A DNA stretch of 64,000 nt from an uncultured Bacteroidales bacterium. Lineage in GTDB: Bacteria; Bacteroidota; Bacteroidia; Bacteroidales; UBA3824. Where the stretch lies: assembly GCA_946624925.1 (NCBI GenBank), contig CAMOSO010000021.1, positions 30-64,029 of the forward strand, given 5' to 3'. Positions 63,463 through 64,000 of the stretch are shown here, piece after piece; positions within the stretch are counted from its first letter, which is position 1, and each line of letters begins with the position of its first letter. The position numbers and the translations under genes are program-made. Under the pieces are notes generated by a model. The model saw only the letters and a program-made list of their open reading frames with translations. It was not told where the DNA came from and searched no databases.

Positions 63463-63464
63463 TA

Positions 63465-64000
63465 TTAGTGAATAGTCCTTGCCTTGCCGTCCTTGAAAAT
63501 CAAGTATTCCAAAGTGTGGAAGCCACGGAGACCCTGAGCGGATGCAATTTCCTGTGCGTGCTGGGAGCCTTCCTCGCCATCGGGAATTTCCTCAAAGTCG
63601 CCCGACCATTCGAGGTCTGCCCATGCGGCGGTGTTGAATACTTTCACGATGCCAGTGAGGTCAAGCGGCCAGGAGTCCATGTTGGGGTCGAGACCCTTGT
63701 CGGCAACGGGACCAAAGAGGAATGCTTCGGAAGATTCCCACGGTTTGCGGGCACTGAGCCAAGCGTCAGCACACTTTTGGAAAGCATCGTTTGAGGGATT
63801 TTTCTCAAATTCTACAACAGCATTGTAGAGAGCGGTGTTGTTCTCCGAAAGTTCCTTGTATGTGGGGAGTACAACGTTGTCAACATACTGATCGAGAACG
63901 GGTTGCCAATCAGCTTCGGCAAGGTCGCCGTTGATGATGCCCTTCACCTTGTTGGTGAGGATGTCGCGGAGTTCCACACACTTTTCGATTGCGGTCTGCG
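63465..64000 (-). CDS. Imelysin (peptidase M75 / IrpA-like) family protein, C-terminal part; N-terminus lies beyond the window
   Basis: The frame stays open to position 64000; AWLSARKPWESSEAFLFGPV and LDPNMDSWPLD are imelysin motifs; adjacent to a DUF1111 gene as in known imelysin loci. Confidence 0.75.
   Translation of the reverse strand, partial: QTAIEKCVELRDILTNKVKGIINGDLAEADWQPVLDQYVDNVVLPTYKELSENNTALYNAVVEFEKNPSNDAFQKCADAWLSARKPWESSEAFLFGPVADKGLDPNMDSWPLDLTGIVKVFNTAAWADLEWSGDFEEIPDGEEGSQHAQEIASAQGLRGFHTLEYLIFKDGKARTIH

Overview
This 64 kb window looks like a Bacteroidota (probably Bacteroidales) chromosome. The evidence is a T9SS C-terminal sorting domain, TTTG/TAnnTTTG promoter boxes, no Shine-Dalgarno sequences, and a parA-parB-DUF5683-lytic transglycosylase block. 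All family calls come from motifs I recognised by eye in the supplied translations; no search was run.

Most of the window is housekeeping: tRNA-Asp, pta-ackA, split IMP cyclohydrolase/AICAR transformylase, purF, an O-acetylhomoserine sulfhydrylase, patB-like lyase, lepB, an MBOAT plus two SGNH genes, parAB, a MATE pump, a TonB receptor, and CcsBA with a haem/iron cluster.

Two accessory loci stand out:
- 31007-39906 (minus strand): a tightly packed seven-gene operon. It encodes a double TIR/DUF4062-like protein, a 1081-aa nSTAND-type NTPase with an internal TM helix, coiled coil and WD40-like propeller, a membrane-anchored PP2C phosphatase, and three exported envelope proteins. It is bounded by a repeat-bearing divergent promoter and a triple hairpin. 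I rate it the best candidate for an undescribed conflict or signalling system.
- 247-3404: two translationally coupled paralogues directly after tRNA-Asp. Each has an N-terminal TIR domain retaining the catalytic-type Glu, one TM helix, and one or three copies of an extracytoplasmic beta-rich module.

The intergenic DNA is also unusual. It carries dispersed nested-palindrome repeat families, a 3 x ~198 bp array, tandem hairpin terminators, and an in-frame 9-bp stop-start repeat. An MNT/HEPN toxin-antitoxin pair, two ATPase-nuclease genes and an orphan MCP are also present.
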